DNA of 64,000 nt. Origin: an uncultured Planctomycetaceae bacterium (GTDB taxonomy: Bacteria > Planctomycetota > Planctomycetia > Pirellulales > UBA1268). Under the pieces are notes generated by a model. That model saw nothing but the letters and a program-made list of their open reading frames with translations, was not told the DNA's origin and did no database searches. This document shows, in pieces, positions 26,040 to 36,135 of this stretch. A program made the position numbers and the translations under genes. The stretch is taken from the NCBI GenBank assembly GCA_913052575.1, contig CAJXFK010000003.1, positions 1,511 through 65,510 on the forward strand, given 5' to 3'. How positions within the stretch are numbered: the stretch's first letter is position 1; every line of letters starts with the position of its first letter.

Positions 26040-28282
26040 GATTCCGTCCTCTTCACAAATTTCCACGAACGATGAATTCGGGTATTTCGAAAATCTTCTG
26101 GTACTGTCCGCCGGCTGATTTCATATATATCGTAGATACCAGCCAAAAGATTTTCATCGAATTTAAATCTCCGATAATTTGTTGAAAAATAAACAACTCC
26201 ACATGCAGAAAGATTACGAGCGACGGCCTGAAGCAATGCGACATGATCCCGCTGAATATCCCAATCCTGTTGCTGCCTCGTTGAACGTGAAAATGTTGGG
26301 GGATCAACAACCACAAGATCAAATGGTCGCTCACCTCGGCGACTACGGTGCTCGAGGAAGGCCCGGGCGTCATCTCGCACAAGGGCATGCTGCCGTCGAT
26401 CTAAAAATCCATTTGCTGATAAATTTCGTCGCGCCCATTCAAGATACGTATTCGAAAGATCGACGGTGGTCGTACTTGCGGCACCACCAGCAGCTGCCGC
26501 AACTGAGAAACTCCCAGTATACCCAAAAAGGTTCAGGAAAGAACGATCTTGAGCATCTTCGCGAACCATTGATCGAGTTTGTCGATGATCGAGAAACAGT
26601 CCCGTATCCAGATAGTCAGAAAGATTAACTTCAAATTTCAATCCGTGTTCACTCACGAGAAAAGTCGCAGAGCGATCATCCAGTTTTTCATACTGCCCCC
26701 CAGCACGCTGTCGACGACGTACCTTCAGGAACACACTGTCTGCAGCAAGACCCAGTTCATCTGCCGCTGCCTCCATAAGCCGGTCGAGCCAAACGTCGTG
26801 CTCAATAGCCGTCCGCTCATGAGGACGCTCGTATTCGGCGGTATGGAGCCAATCACCGTACCTGTCGATAACGAGAGGAATTTCTGGAATATCTCGATCA
26901 TAAAGACGATATGCCTCGATGCCCTGTTTTCTCGCCCAGCGCCCGAGGTGACGAGACCGCTTCACCAGACGTCTTCGAAAATCACCAATTTGATCGCCCA
27001 CGCTTCTTGTTGGCTTCTTTATTGAATCGCTATGCCCTCCATCGGAGGTTATCGCTGCAAGTTCTTCTGGAGCCTCTGTTGAGTATTCCTTTTTTCGAAT
27101 AACTAATTCAATCAACCTGCACTCAATTGGACCATTTGAAAGAATCACTCGACGATCTGGCTTCAGGCCAATTAATTTAGACAGCTCAACAGGAGCAAGC
27201 ACCCCGGCACGCCAACCCGGACATGAATTCTTTAACCAATCACCGACTCGCCGAAATACAGCGCCTGCTCTTAGCTGTGCGAGTCGCTCTCCGTATGGTG
27301 GATTCGTAACGATCAAGCCTGGCTCTTGCTTTGGAACGACTGCTTCAAAATGACTGCATGAGAATTTGATATAGTCTGCTACACCAGCGAGGGCAGCCGA
27401 TTGCTCTGCAACCTGAATCACAGCTGGATCAAGGTCACTTGCATGAAAACTACCAGAAGGTGTCCTCGCTCTTTCTTCAAGGTCGAGCAGGATACTCTTT
27501 GCAAGTTCTCGATCAAAATCATGAAACCGAAAGAAACCTTGATTTTTTTTTCTCGCTCGCAGTAGACCTGGAGCAAGACCAGCGGCTTGAGTTGCTGCTT
27601 CTATGACAAGCGTTCCGGAACCACACATTGGATCTAACAAAGACTCGCCCACTTGCCATCCTGTAACACCAAGAACTCCAGCAGCTAACACCTCCGACAA
27701 AGGTGCCTCAACCCTTCCTTGACGCCAACCACGCTGATGCAAGGACTGACCAGCAGCATCACGAAAAAGTGTCGCTGTCTCTCCAGAAAGATGAAGTGAC
27801 AACCGGAGACTCGCACCATGCAGTTGCACATTAGGCCGGCGACCATGCACCGCTCGCACACCATCTACAACTGCATCTTTGACAACTTGAGACGCATACA
27901 GAGAGTGGTCTATAAATGTATCGTGGACACGGGCATCAACCCGAAGTGTTTGATTTGGCCGTAGATGCTTTGCCCAATCCACACTGGATATCGATGAATA
28001 CAGTGTCTCCGGTGAACTCACTGCAAAACGACCAAGCGGCTCGAGAATCCGAATAGCTACCCGAGACTCTAATACCGCCCTGTAAAGCGTTTCGGTTGAT
28101 CCAGAAAACTCAATTGTTCGACGCCCTATTCTCAAGTCTGTAGCACCAAGTGAGACCAACTCTCGTGCTAACAACCACTCAAGACCATCGAGAGTTCTTG
28201 CTGTCAAACGTGGCGGCTCATCCGGCCCACAGGACAGCAGCGGCCGTGGAGCTGCGGGCACGTCTGGGAAAGGAGATTCCAT
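26036..28282 (-). CDS. rlmL: Bifunctional 23S rRNA methyltransferase RlmKL-like (THUMP plus two SAM methyltransferase domains)
   Basis: 748 aa. Contains DPMCGSGTLVIEAA, IVTNPPYGERL, NLFGYTGSFSVAAA and VVVDPPTFS. Confidence 0.8.
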   Translation of the reverse strand: MESPFPDVPAAPRPLLSCGPDEPPRLTARTLDGLEWLLARELVSLGATDLRIGRRTIEFSGSTETLYRAVLESRVAIRILEPLGRFAVSSPETLYSSISSVDWAKHLRPNQTLRVDARVHDTFIDHSLYASQVVKDAVVDGVRAVHGRRPNVQLHGASLRLSLHLSGETATLFRDAAGQSLHQRGWRQGRVEAPLSEVLAAGVLGVTGWQVGESLLDPMCGSGTLVIEAATQAAGLAPGLLRARKKNQGFFRFHDFDRELAKSILLDLEERARTPSGSFHASDLDPAVIQVAEQSAALAGVADYIKFSCSHFEAVVPKQEPGLIVTNPPYGERLAQLRAGAVFRRVGDWLKNSCPGWRAGVLAPVELSKLIGLKPDRRVILSNGPIECRLIELVIRKKEYSTEAPEELAAITSDGGHSDSIKKPTRSVGDQIGDFRRRLVKRSRHLGRWARKQGIEAYRLYDRDIPEIPLVIDRYGDWLHTAEYERPHERTAIEHDVWLDRLMEAAADELGLAADSVFLKVRRRQRAGGQYEKLDDRSATFLVSEHGLKFEVNLSDYLDTGLFLDHRQTRSMVREDAQDRSFLNLFGYTGSFSVAAAAGGAASTTTVDLSNTYLEWARRNLSANGFLDRRQHALVRDDARAFLEHRSRRGERPFDLVVVDPPTFSRSTRQQQDWDIQRDHVALLQAVARNLSACGVVYFSTNYRRFKFDENLLAGIYDIYEISRRTVPEDFRNTRIHRSWKFVKRTES

Positions 28283-28309
28283 TGTGTCTGCCAGAACTCT
28301 CGTTAACGC

Positions 28310-31300
28310 TTATCGATCAATAGATGCTGCCCCTGCCACAAACCGATCCTGCATTGCCTGGATCTTCATCGGCTCACTCTTCAATCCCTCCATCGCACGC
28401 ACACACGCCTCAGCCGCCGGAAGTGTGGTGATACAAGGAACCCCATAAAGAACGCTTGCTGCTCGAATTCTTCCCTCGTCGGTACGAGCCCCCTTACCAC
28501 GTGGCGTGTTGAAAATTAATTGAACACGACCATCAATCAAATGGTCTATCAGATTTGGGTGCCCTTCCTGCAATTTCTTAACCGTCTCGACTTTAATGCC
28601 GGATTGGCTAATTGCTTCTGCGGTACCCGACGTCGCCATCAATTCAAAACCCAGACCCACCAGTCGTTGAGCTAGCTTAACCATTGATTTTTTTGCCGAC
28701 TGACTTGCGACGCTCAGAAAAATCCTTCCAGCTTCAGGAAGCACTGTCCCTGCGGCCAACTGCCCCTTCGCAAAGGCCAGACTGAAGTTATCACTCACTC
28801 CCATCACTTCACCAGTGCTTCGCATCTCTGGACCAAGTGCGATATCTACACCTGCAAACTTTACAAACGGAAAAACACTTTCTTTGACACTTACGTGTGA
28901 TGGAACAGGATCTGCAACGATACCTTGTTCAGCAAGACTTTCTCCCGCCATGACCTTTACGGCAATCTTTGCAATCGGCACGCCTGTCGCTTTCGCAACA
29001 AATGGAACCGTTCGACTCGCACGCGGATTGACTTCAATAACGTAGAGGGCATCTTCGTCTCCTTCACGCTTCACAGCAAACTGCACATTCATCAGGCCTA
29101 CAACTCCAAGACTCCGTGCCAAGCCCGAAGCAGCCTTCTTGATTTCTGACACAGTCTGATCACTGAGGTTATGGGGAGGGATACAGCACGCTGAATCACC
29201 GGAATGCACACCGGCTTCCTCAATATGCTCCATAACTCCAGCCACAATGACATCCGTACCATCACAGATACAATCCACATCGACTTCTGTCGCGTCCTCA
29301 AGAAAACGATCGATTAATACTGGCTGCCCCTGAGCAACGACAAACGCTTCCGCCACAAATCGCTCAAACTGCGCCTGGTCATAACAAATCTCCATCGCAC
29401 GGCCACCCAGAACAAAACTGGGCCGAACCAAAGAAGGAAAGCCAATTCTCGCAACTTCCTTACGCGCTTGTTCAGGAGTACGGCAGATTCCACTAGCAGG
29501 CTGCTTGAGATGCAATCGATCGAGTAACTCACGAAACTTTTCACGATCTTCTGCCTCCTCGATCGTATCGACACTTGTTCCAATAATCGGCAGTCCTGCA
29601 GCAGCGAGTGCTCTCGCCAAGTTAAGCGGAGTCTGCCCACCAAGCTGCACGATAACACCATCCGGATTTATCCGGTCTGCAATATTAAGAACGTCTTCAC
29701 TGGTCAGAGGCTCAAAAAACAACAGATCACTCGTGTCGTAATCAGTACTTACCGTCTCGGGGTTCGAATTCACCATGACACTCTCGATGCCTAATTCACG
29801 GAGTGCGAAACTGGCATGACAACAGCAGTAATCAAACTCAATGCCTTGGCCGATCCTGTTCGGCCCACCACCGAGTATCATGATTCTTTTTACGCCGTCT
29901 GCCTTCGGTGGTGTTTCGTCCTCGGACTCCCATGTTGAATAGTAGTAGGGGGTCTCAGCCTCGAACTCAGCGGCACAGGTATCAACAGATTTAAATGTAG
30001 CGACAATCCCACGAGATTTCCTATCGTCACGCACATCAAGTTCCACTTCACCCAAGAGAGTCGCCAACTGCCTATCTGAAAACCCTGCCTGCTTAGCTTG
30101 CCGAAGTGTCTTATCATCAATATTTTTGAGGCTGCCGGCTTCTCGTACATGATTTTCCAATTCCACAATCTGCAACAACTGGTCAAGGAACCACCGATCA
30201 ATGCCGGTCAACGTATACAGTTCCTCAACACTTAATCCGGACAACAGCGCATAACGCAGAAACCAAACTCGATCCGGGTCCGGCCTCGCAACACGGGCAC
30301 GAATATCATCTATCGATGGCTGGGTTGGTGTACCCCAGAGATCTTTGCCATCACAGCCAAACCCGAATGAGCCAACCTCAAGCCCCCGAAGCGCCTTTTG
30401 AAACGCTTCTTTGAAGGTTCTCCCGATTGCCATTGTTTCGCCAACACTTTTCATCTGCGTTGAGAGTTTGCTATCAGCCTCTGGGAATTTCTCAAAAGCA
30501 AAACGAGGTACCTTTACAACGACGTAGTCAATTGATGGCTCAAAACAAGCTTTTGTTTTCTTTGTAATGTCATTTGCCAACTCATGCAGCCGCCAGCCGA
30601 CAGCAAGTTTGGCTGCTATTTTGGCTATTGGAAAACCAGTTGCTTTACTGGCAAGCGCCGAGGAACGACTAACTCTTGGATTCATCTCAATAACAATCAT
30701 GCGACCAGTATCAGGGTGAACCGCAAACTGAATATTTGATCCCCCTGTCTCAACTCCAATCGCCCGAATAACTGCAAAACTTGCATCTCTCATTAATTGA
30801 TACTGGCGATCAGTCAGAGTCATTGCGGGAGCAACAGTAATTGAATCACCGGTGTGCACACCACATGGGTCAAAGTTCTCGATTGAGCAGATGACAACGG
30901 CATTGTCATCTGCATCACGCATGACCTCCATCTCGTATTCTTTCCACCCAAGAATGGACTCTTCGACAAGAACTTCGCTCACTGGTGAAAGATCAAGACC
31001 ACGCTGAACCTTTTGGTCGAACTCTTCTCGATTGTATGCGATACCGGAGCCAGACCCGCCTAATGTAAAACTTGGACGTATGACGGCAGGTAAACCCACC
31101 TCCGAAAGCATTCCGCGGGCTTCTGCAAGTGACTTCACAAGCCGACCACGACAAGTATCCAAGCCAATTTTTTCCATTGTTGCCTTGAATTTCTCTCTGT
31201 CTTCTCCTCGCTGAATCGCCTCCGCCCGAGCGCCGATCATCTCAACGCCATATTTTTCAAGAACACCATGGTGATCAAGATCCATGGCAAGATTTAATGC

Positions 31301-31582
31301 TGTTTGACCTCCTAGTGTTGGGAGGACCGCATCAGGTTTTTCTTCAGCAATAACTTTTTCCAACATCTGCCAAGTCAGCGGTTCGATATATGTTCGATCC
31401 GCTGTCCCGGGATCAGTCATGATGGTAGCTGGATTTGAATTGACGAGGACAACGCGGTAACCATCATCTCTCAGAGACTTACAGGCTTGCGTGCCTGAAT
31501 AATCAAATTCACAGGCTTGTCCAATTACAATTGGTCCGGAACCGATCAATAAAATTGTGCGAAGGTCATCGCGGCGGGGCAT
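28310..31582 (-). CDS. carB: Carbamoyl-phosphate synthase large subunit
   Basis: 1090 aa. [26 protein letters not shown], a duplicated ATP-grasp region ([21 protein letters not shown]) and an MGS-like C-terminus. Confidence 0.97.
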   Translation of the reverse strand: MPRRDDLRTILLIGSGPIVIGQACEFDYSGTQACKSLRDDGYRVVLVNSNPATIMTDPGTADRTYIEPLTWQMLEKVIAEEKPDAVLPTLGGQTALNLAMDLDHHGVLEKYGVEMIGARAEAIQRGEDREKFKATMEKIGLDTCRGRLVKSLAEARGMLSEVGLPAVIRPSFTLGGSGSGIAYNREEFDQKVQRGLDLSPVSEVLVEESILGWKEYEMEVMRDADDNAVVICSIENFDPCGVHTGDSITVAPAMTLTDRQYQLMRDASFAVIRAIGVETGGSNIQFAVHPDTGRMIVIEMNPRVSRSSALASKATGFPIAKIAAKLAVGWRLHELANDITKKTKACFEPSIDYVVVKVPRFAFEKFPEADSKLSTQMKSVGETMAIGRTFKEAFQKALRGLEVGSFGFGCDGKDLWGTPTQPSIDDIRARVARPDPDRVWFLRYALLSGLSVEELYTLTGIDRWFLDQLLQIVELENHVREAGSLKNIDDKTLRQAKQAGFSDRQLATLLGEVELDVRDDRKSRGIVATFKSVDTCAAEFEAETPYYYSTWESEDETPPKADGVKRIMILGGGPNRIGQGIEFDYCCCHASFALRELGIESVMVNSNPETVSTDYDTSDLLFFEPLTSEDVLNIADRINPDGVIVQLGGQTPLNLARALAAAGLPIIGTSVDTIEEAEDREKFRELLDRLHLKQPASGICRTPEQARKEVARIGFPSLVRPSFVLGGRAMEICYDQAQFERFVAEAFVVAQGQPVLIDRFLEDATEVDVDCICDGTDVIVAGVMEHIEEAGVHSGDSACCIPPHNLSDQTVSEIKKAASGLARSLGVVGLMNVQFAVKREGDEDALYVIEVNPRASRTVPFVAKATGVPIAKIAVKVMAGESLAEQGIVADPVPSHVSVKESVFPFVKFAGVDIALGPEMRSTGEVMGVSDNFSLAFAKGQLAAGTVLPEAGRIFLSVASQSAKKSMVKLAQRLVGLGFELMATSGTAEAISQSGIKVETVKKLQEGHPNLIDHLIDGRVQLIFNTPRGKGARTDEGRIRAASVLYGVPCITTLPAAEACVRAMEGLKSEPMKIQAMQDRFVAGAASIDR

Positions 31583-31685
31583 TTGGCAGGGTCTTTTTTT
31601 CGAGTTAAAAAAACAAATTTCGTCGACTCTAGCATCCTGACCCCCATTCGTTCAATAAACGGCTACAATTCACGGAAAAGTACCA

Positions 31686-31709
31686 CTTCATCTGCCCTTC
31701 ATCTGCCCT
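31686..31709. repeat. Tandem direct repeat, 11 nt x about 2.2 copies, just upstream of the ahpD-like start
   Basis: CTTCATCTGCC CTTCATCTGCC CT. It ends 17 nt before the ATG at 31726. Confidence 0.7.
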
Positions 31710-31725
31710 AGAGGACAAAATCACC

Positions 31726-32268
31726 ATGTCGATACCAACGCCTGCCCTCGACAAACTCTGTGAAGCACTGCCTGACGAACTGAAAGATATCCGCCTCAAC
31801 GTGTCGAGTGTTTTGACAGGAGAAAACCTACAGGCGCCTCAATCACTGGGTATAGCCTTGGCGTGCGGATATTTCATCCGATCAGAGGAAGTCATTTCGG
31901 CCATTCAAGCCGACATCAGAGAAGCACTTGGAGAAACGAGTGCCCCGATCATTAGTGATGCAATCGCCGCTGGGGGAATCATGGCGATGAATACGGTGTA
32001 TTACCGCTTTCGCCACATGATCGGAAAGGAGAGCTACTCAGCTCGGCCAGCTCGCCTTCGAATGAATCGTATGAACCAGCCAGCTACAACAAAAGCTGAC
32101 TTTGAACTCATGAGCCTTGGGTGTGCTGCACTCGCCGGCTGTGAGATGTGCTTAAAGAGCCATGAATCCAGTCTCCTCCAACTCAACGTGAGTGAAGATG
32201 CCTGTCACGACGCAATTCGGATTGCTGCAGTGGTCAACGCTGCAACTGTCGGAATTGTAAAAGGGTGA
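31726..32268 (+). CDS. Alkylhydroperoxidase AhpD-family (carboxymuconolactone decarboxylase-like) protein
   Basis: 180 aa. Contains AALAGCEMCLKSHE, a CxxC..H motif typical of the AhpD core. Confidence 0.7.
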   Translation: MSIPTPALDKLCEALPDELKDIRLNVSSVLTGENLQAPQSLGIALACGYFIRSEEVISAIQADIREALGETSAPIISDAIAAGGIMAMNTVYYRFRHMIGKESYSARPARLRMNRMNQPATTKADFELMSLGCAALAGCEMCLKSHESSLLQLNVSEDACHDAIRIAAVVNAATVGIVKG

Positions 32269-32577
32269 TCAACCTAATTCACGCAGATATTCCAGCGTGT
32301 ATATGCCACTGTCATGTCCATCAGAAAAAAGGATCTTGTATGCATACTGCCCAATCGGCTGCATTTCACGAATTGATAGCAATACAAGATCTGAAGACTC
32401 CAGCACTTGAAGTGGATTTCTCTCTCTTGGAATGGTTCGCTTCTCTCGACATGTAGCGCAAGGACAGGCATCGCGGAGATTCTGTGCAGAATACTCTGAC
32501 TTCACACCATCGTTCCAAACTATTGCAATGCTGCCATTGTCACAGCGGCGAATGTCTTGTGGCCGGTATTCACTCAA
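32269..32577 (-). CDS. DUF971 (gamma-butyrobetaine hydroxylase-like N-terminal) domain protein
   Basis: IAIVWNDG..SEYSAQNLRDACPCATC...IGQYAYKILFSDGHDSGIYTLEYLRELG matches the DUF971 pattern. Confidence 0.75.
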   Translation of the reverse strand: MSEYRPQDIRRCDNGSIAIVWNDGVKSEYSAQNLRDACPCATCREKRTIPRERNPLQVLESSDLVLLSIREMQPIGQYAYKILFSDGHDSGIYTLEYLRELG

Positions 32578-32593
32578 TCAAAGCACCTTTTGC

Positions 32594-33871
32594 CTATTCA
32601 CGGTTATCGATCACTCTCCGAGCTTTACCTTCAAAGCGAGGCAATGTGCCAACAGGAACCTCTTGGACTCCTATCCGAAGACCAAGCCGAACATGTAACT
32701 CTTGAGCTACTCTAGCAGGGGAGGAGAGCTGGTCCTCGATTTCGATACTCAACATATCCAGATTTCCTTCACGATTCACCGTGAGCCTGTGTTCAACAAC
32801 CTCTGGAAAGCTTTTTATAATATTTTCCACTGCAGATGGAAAAACATTGACACCCCGAATGACCAGCATGTCATCGGTCCGACCCAGGATTCCACCCTCA
32901 AGCCACACTCTCGGTGAACGGCCTTCTGCGATCTCCTGATCCGTTGACCATGCTGGTTTCACGACATCACCTGTTCGATAACGAATGACTGGACAGCCAC
33001 TACGACCGAGTGTTGTCAGTACCAATTCAGCCAGTTCACCCTGCCTCGCTGGTCGGTCTGCCGTGATCGCACGGAACTCTGGATGAAACCATTCTTCCAA
33101 AACCTCAAGCCCCGAATGTTGCAGCCACCCCACGCCCCACGGTCCAATCTCTGTCGCGCCGGAATGGTCCAATACATCAGCCCCCCAAGCAGCGGCCAAC
33201 CGATGCCGCACTGAATCCAATGACCCGCCGGGTTCACCAGCAACGATAATGCAACGGATAGTCGATCTGGATGTGTCGTATCCATGCTCCTTTGCAACTT
33301 CTGCCAAGTGCAGGGCATACGTTGGAGTAGCTACAAGTACTTTTGCTTTTGTTTTCTGTAGCAGTTCGAGGCGAGCGATGCTTGACAGACCTCCTGAAGG
33401 AATTGCCCTTCCACCGCTTGCCACAGCCCCTTCAAAAGCACTCCAAAAGCCAATGTAGGGACCGAATGAAGCTGCAATAAAAACCGGCTCACCCGGCTGG
33501 AGGCATGCTCTTGAGTAAATGAACTCCCAACATGTCATCCACCATTCCCAATCAGCTTGTGTGTCCCAAATTTGAAGCGGGCGTCCGCTGGTGCCACTCG
33601 TCTGGTGAAAACGAACATAGTGCTCATCACTCCACGTTCGGTTTTGGGCAGAAACAGTATCAACGTTCCCAACAAGATCAGACTTTGTCGTCCATGGGAA
33701 GTCTGACAGTTCATCCAGTGACTGAACTGGCGTCTTACATCCAGAAAGTTTTTCACGATAGAAGTTATTCGCAGGAAGCACCTCTGCAAACATTGAATTC
33801 AACCGACGAAGCTTTGTTGCCTCAAGCTGCTGACGAGAGCAAAAATCTTCTTTTTCGGATGACAAAGACAT
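32594..33871 (-). CDS. Phenylacetate-CoA ligase (PaaK)/F390 synthetase-family adenylate-forming enzyme
   Basis: 425 aa. Contains FHQTSGTSGRPL, GEPGG, YRTGD and a C-terminal ACT-like region. Substrate unknown. Confidence 0.7.
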   Translation of the reverse strand: MSLSSEKEDFCSRQQLEATKLRRLNSMFAEVLPANNFYREKLSGCKTPVQSLDELSDFPWTTKSDLVGNVDTVSAQNRTWSDEHYVRFHQTSGTSGRPLQIWDTQADWEWWMTCWEFIYSRACLQPGEPVFIAASFGPYIGFWSAFEGAVASGGRAIPSGGLSSIARLELLQKTKAKVLVATPTYALHLAEVAKEHGYDTSRSTIRCIIVAGEPGGSLDSVRHRLAAAWGADVLDHSGATEIGPWGVGWLQHSGLEVLEEWFHPEFRAITADRPARQGELAELVLTTLGRSGCPVIRYRTGDVVKPAWSTDQEIAEGRSPRVWLEGGILGRTDDMLVIRGVNVFPSAVENIIKSFPEVVEHRLTVNREGNLDMLSIEIEDQLSSPARVAQELHVRLGLRIGVQEVPVGTLPRFEGKARRVIDNRE

Positions 33872-33911
33872 CTCACTATTATGCCATATAACGGTGATTG
33901 GCTACTCGTAA

Positions 33912-34457
33912 TTATTGCGGTGTTGAAAACACGGGCCCGGTGCTCGGCAACGGAAGTGGCTCAACTGGAGCCTGTGGCAACACATTTGGCGAGACCGTAG
34001 ATGCACCAGGCGGAAGTGCTCGTGGTGGTACGACTACGGGAGCCACCGGAACTGGTGGTCCACTACCGGCGGAACGTCTTGCCAACTCAGCCCGGCTGAC
34101 AACCGTCTCGGCAGGAACAGTCCCCATAGGAACCATCGCCAAGTCAACAACTCGTTCATCACGAATTTCCCAAGGCCAAATATTTTCTGTCACAAAATCA
34201 AGAGGGAAAATCTCGTACCAAGGAACCGGAAACGGCTGCTGAACGGTAAGAGTATCGTACCCGTCTTTAATAAGACGAATCTTTCTCGTGCCGTAATAAA
34301 CAAAATCCGTTGACACCGGTGTCGTGCCGATTTGGTAATCATCGACATAAACAAGTGCACCTGGTGGATTGCTCCTTATCGTCATTCGTCGTTGAACGCA
34401 GCCCATCGAGAAAGAAACAATCAGCCCTACAGAGAGGATGTTCAGTAACGAAGACAT
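33912..34457 (-). CDS. PEGA-domain protein with a signal/lipoprotein-like N-terminus and a Pro-rich C-terminus
   Basis: MSSLLNILSVGLIVSFSMGC, then IRSNPPGALVYVDDYQIGTTPV......GTRKIRLIKDGYD (PEGA). ATG at 34455-34457; the ORF is open to 34535. Confidence 0.65.
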   Translation of the reverse strand: MSSLLNILSVGLIVSFSMGCVQRRMTIRSNPPGALVYVDDYQIGTTPVSTDFVYYGTRKIRLIKDGYDTLTVQQPFPVPWYEIFPLDFVTENIWPWEIRDERVVDLAMVPMGTVPAETVVSRAELARRSAGSGPPVPVAPVVVPPRALPPGASTVSPNVLPQAPVEPLPLPSTGPVFSTPQ

Positions 34458-34701
34458 TTTCCACAGGCAACCAACTGATTGCCACTGAATTCTTAATTCC
34501 AAGAAGAACGAGTTTTTACTGCAATTGAACATCATAATGCCAAGATTAGGACGATTTATTTGATCAAACCAGACCAGATCGGCCTTCCTCAGCAGTAAAA
34601 ACAGGGATTTGGAATAAGAAATTTCCCCCCAATCCTGCTACATTTCTTACTTTTACTTCTTATTACTGTTGTGGTGGCGTAGGCCGTAACGCTCACCGTG
34701 A

Positions 34702-36078
34702 ATGAGCTCGCGAGGCATTTCAGTGGGACAGGGCAATACTCTTCAATACCACGTGCGTTCTCATGTAGGACGCAGACGTTCGAACAATCAGGATTCTGCG
34801 GTTGCCGTACCTGCCGAGTCGTCGATCACATTCCGGAAGCACGGCTGGCTGTTTATTGTTGCTGACGGCATGGGCGCGCATGCGGGCGGTAGGGAAGCGA
34901 GTGAAATTGCAGTAACACGAATCCCTAAGATCTACAGTGAACTCAAGCCAGAATCTTCACCACCACTCGCACTCTCTTTAAGTCTTTCTCAAGCTAATAA
35001 AGAAATCCATTCGAAAGGTGAGAACGACCCTGCCTACAAGGGCATGGGGACAACATGTTCGGCAATGGTGGTGCTTCCACAAGGAGTTGTTCTCGGACAT
35101 GTTGGTGACAGCCGAATCTACCGCATTCGTAAAAATGCCATTGAGCAACTTTCACGTGATCATTCGCTCGCCTGGGAAGTTGCCGCAGCAAGTGGGCAAA
35201 ACGAAGTCAAGCAAGGAGCAAATCTCCCAAGTGTTCCAAAAAATATCATTACTCGCTCAATGGGTCCCCATAGCGATCTTGATCTTGATCTCGAAGGACC
35301 ATTCCCTGTCGAACAGAATGATTTATTTGTTCTTTGCAGTGACGGCCTTTCGGGAACAATGAGTGATGAGGAAATAGCGATCTTTGCTTCGGGACTCTCA
35401 TTACAAGATGCTACAACAGCTCTCGTAGGTCTCGCACTTGTCCGGGGTGCGCCGGACAACACTACTGTTATTCTTGTCAAAGCTGGTCCTCAAGAAGTAA
35501 CCCAGTACGCTAAAAGAGAACACTCTTGGCCGCTTGAAGATGATGGCGGAAACCGAGCAAGCCATCGCCGTCCTTGGATTTTTCTAGGCATAACGGCCAT
35601 CAGCTTTTTTCTTTGTCTAGCATCCTATTCTGCATACCAATCTGCCGGAACAGATGAATTTCTCCGAAGAACATTTCTTGCAGTTAGCATTATCATGATG
35701 GGGCTCTCGCTTGGATCTGTTTTCGGTTCATTTTTCAGTTTCGCTCTGATAAAACCGCGACGGAAAATTAAAATGATTACCCCTGGTCGGGGACCATTAC
35801 TTGGAAGAGCCCCTTACCGTCACTATGACAGCTCACCCACTCGAAAACTTTTTGACCGTATCATTCGGTCTCTGCACCACGCAGAGGGTGAACTAGCAGA
35901 CAACGACCTTGTAGAGGAATCTCATTCACTCAATCAGTCGATCCAAGACTCAAAAAACGCTGTGCAGGCAGGTGATTTTTCACTAGCGACACAGGCGGTA
36001 TTTAATGGACTTAAGACGTTTCATGACACCATAAATTCTGATCGGTTGACAAAAACAGAACCTAACGGATCTGCGTAA
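34702..36078 (+). CDS. PP2C-family Ser/Thr protein phosphatase with a C-terminal membrane region
   Basis: RRSNNQDS, FIVADGMGAHAGGREAS, LCSDGLS and GAPDNTTVILV. Two hydrophobic segments follow residue 290. Confidence 0.85.
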   Translation: MSSRGISVGQGNTLQYHVRSHVGRRRSNNQDSAVAVPAESSITFRKHGWLFIVADGMGAHAGGREASEIAVTRIPKIYSELKPESSPPLALSLSLSQANKEIHSKGENDPAYKGMGTTCSAMVVLPQGVVLGHVGDSRIYRIRKNAIEQLSRDHSLAWEVAAASGQNEVKQGANLPSVPKNIITRSMGPHSDLDLDLEGPFPVEQNDLFVLCSDGLSGTMSDEEIAIFASGLSLQDATTALVGLALVRGAPDNTTVILVKAGPQEVTQYAKREHSWPLEDDGGNRASHRRPWIFLGITAISFFLCLASYSAYQSAGTDEFLRRTFLAVSIIMMGLSLGSVFGSFFSFALIKPRRKIKMITPGRGPLLGRAPYRHYDSSPTRKLFDRIIRSLHHAEGELADNDLVEESHSLNQSIQDSKNAVQAGDFSLATQAVFNGLKTFHDTINSDRLTKTEPNGSA

Positions 36079-36135
36079 AAATCCCTTTACAAATTCGCTT
36101 ACACACCCTGTAAGGCCAGCGAAGGATTGCGGCCC

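Noticed and set aside
28310-31582. carB has no adjacent carA.
   Set aside because: Separation of carA and carB occurs in various bacteria, and carB here is full length with all motifs. This is not evidence of anything unusual on its own.
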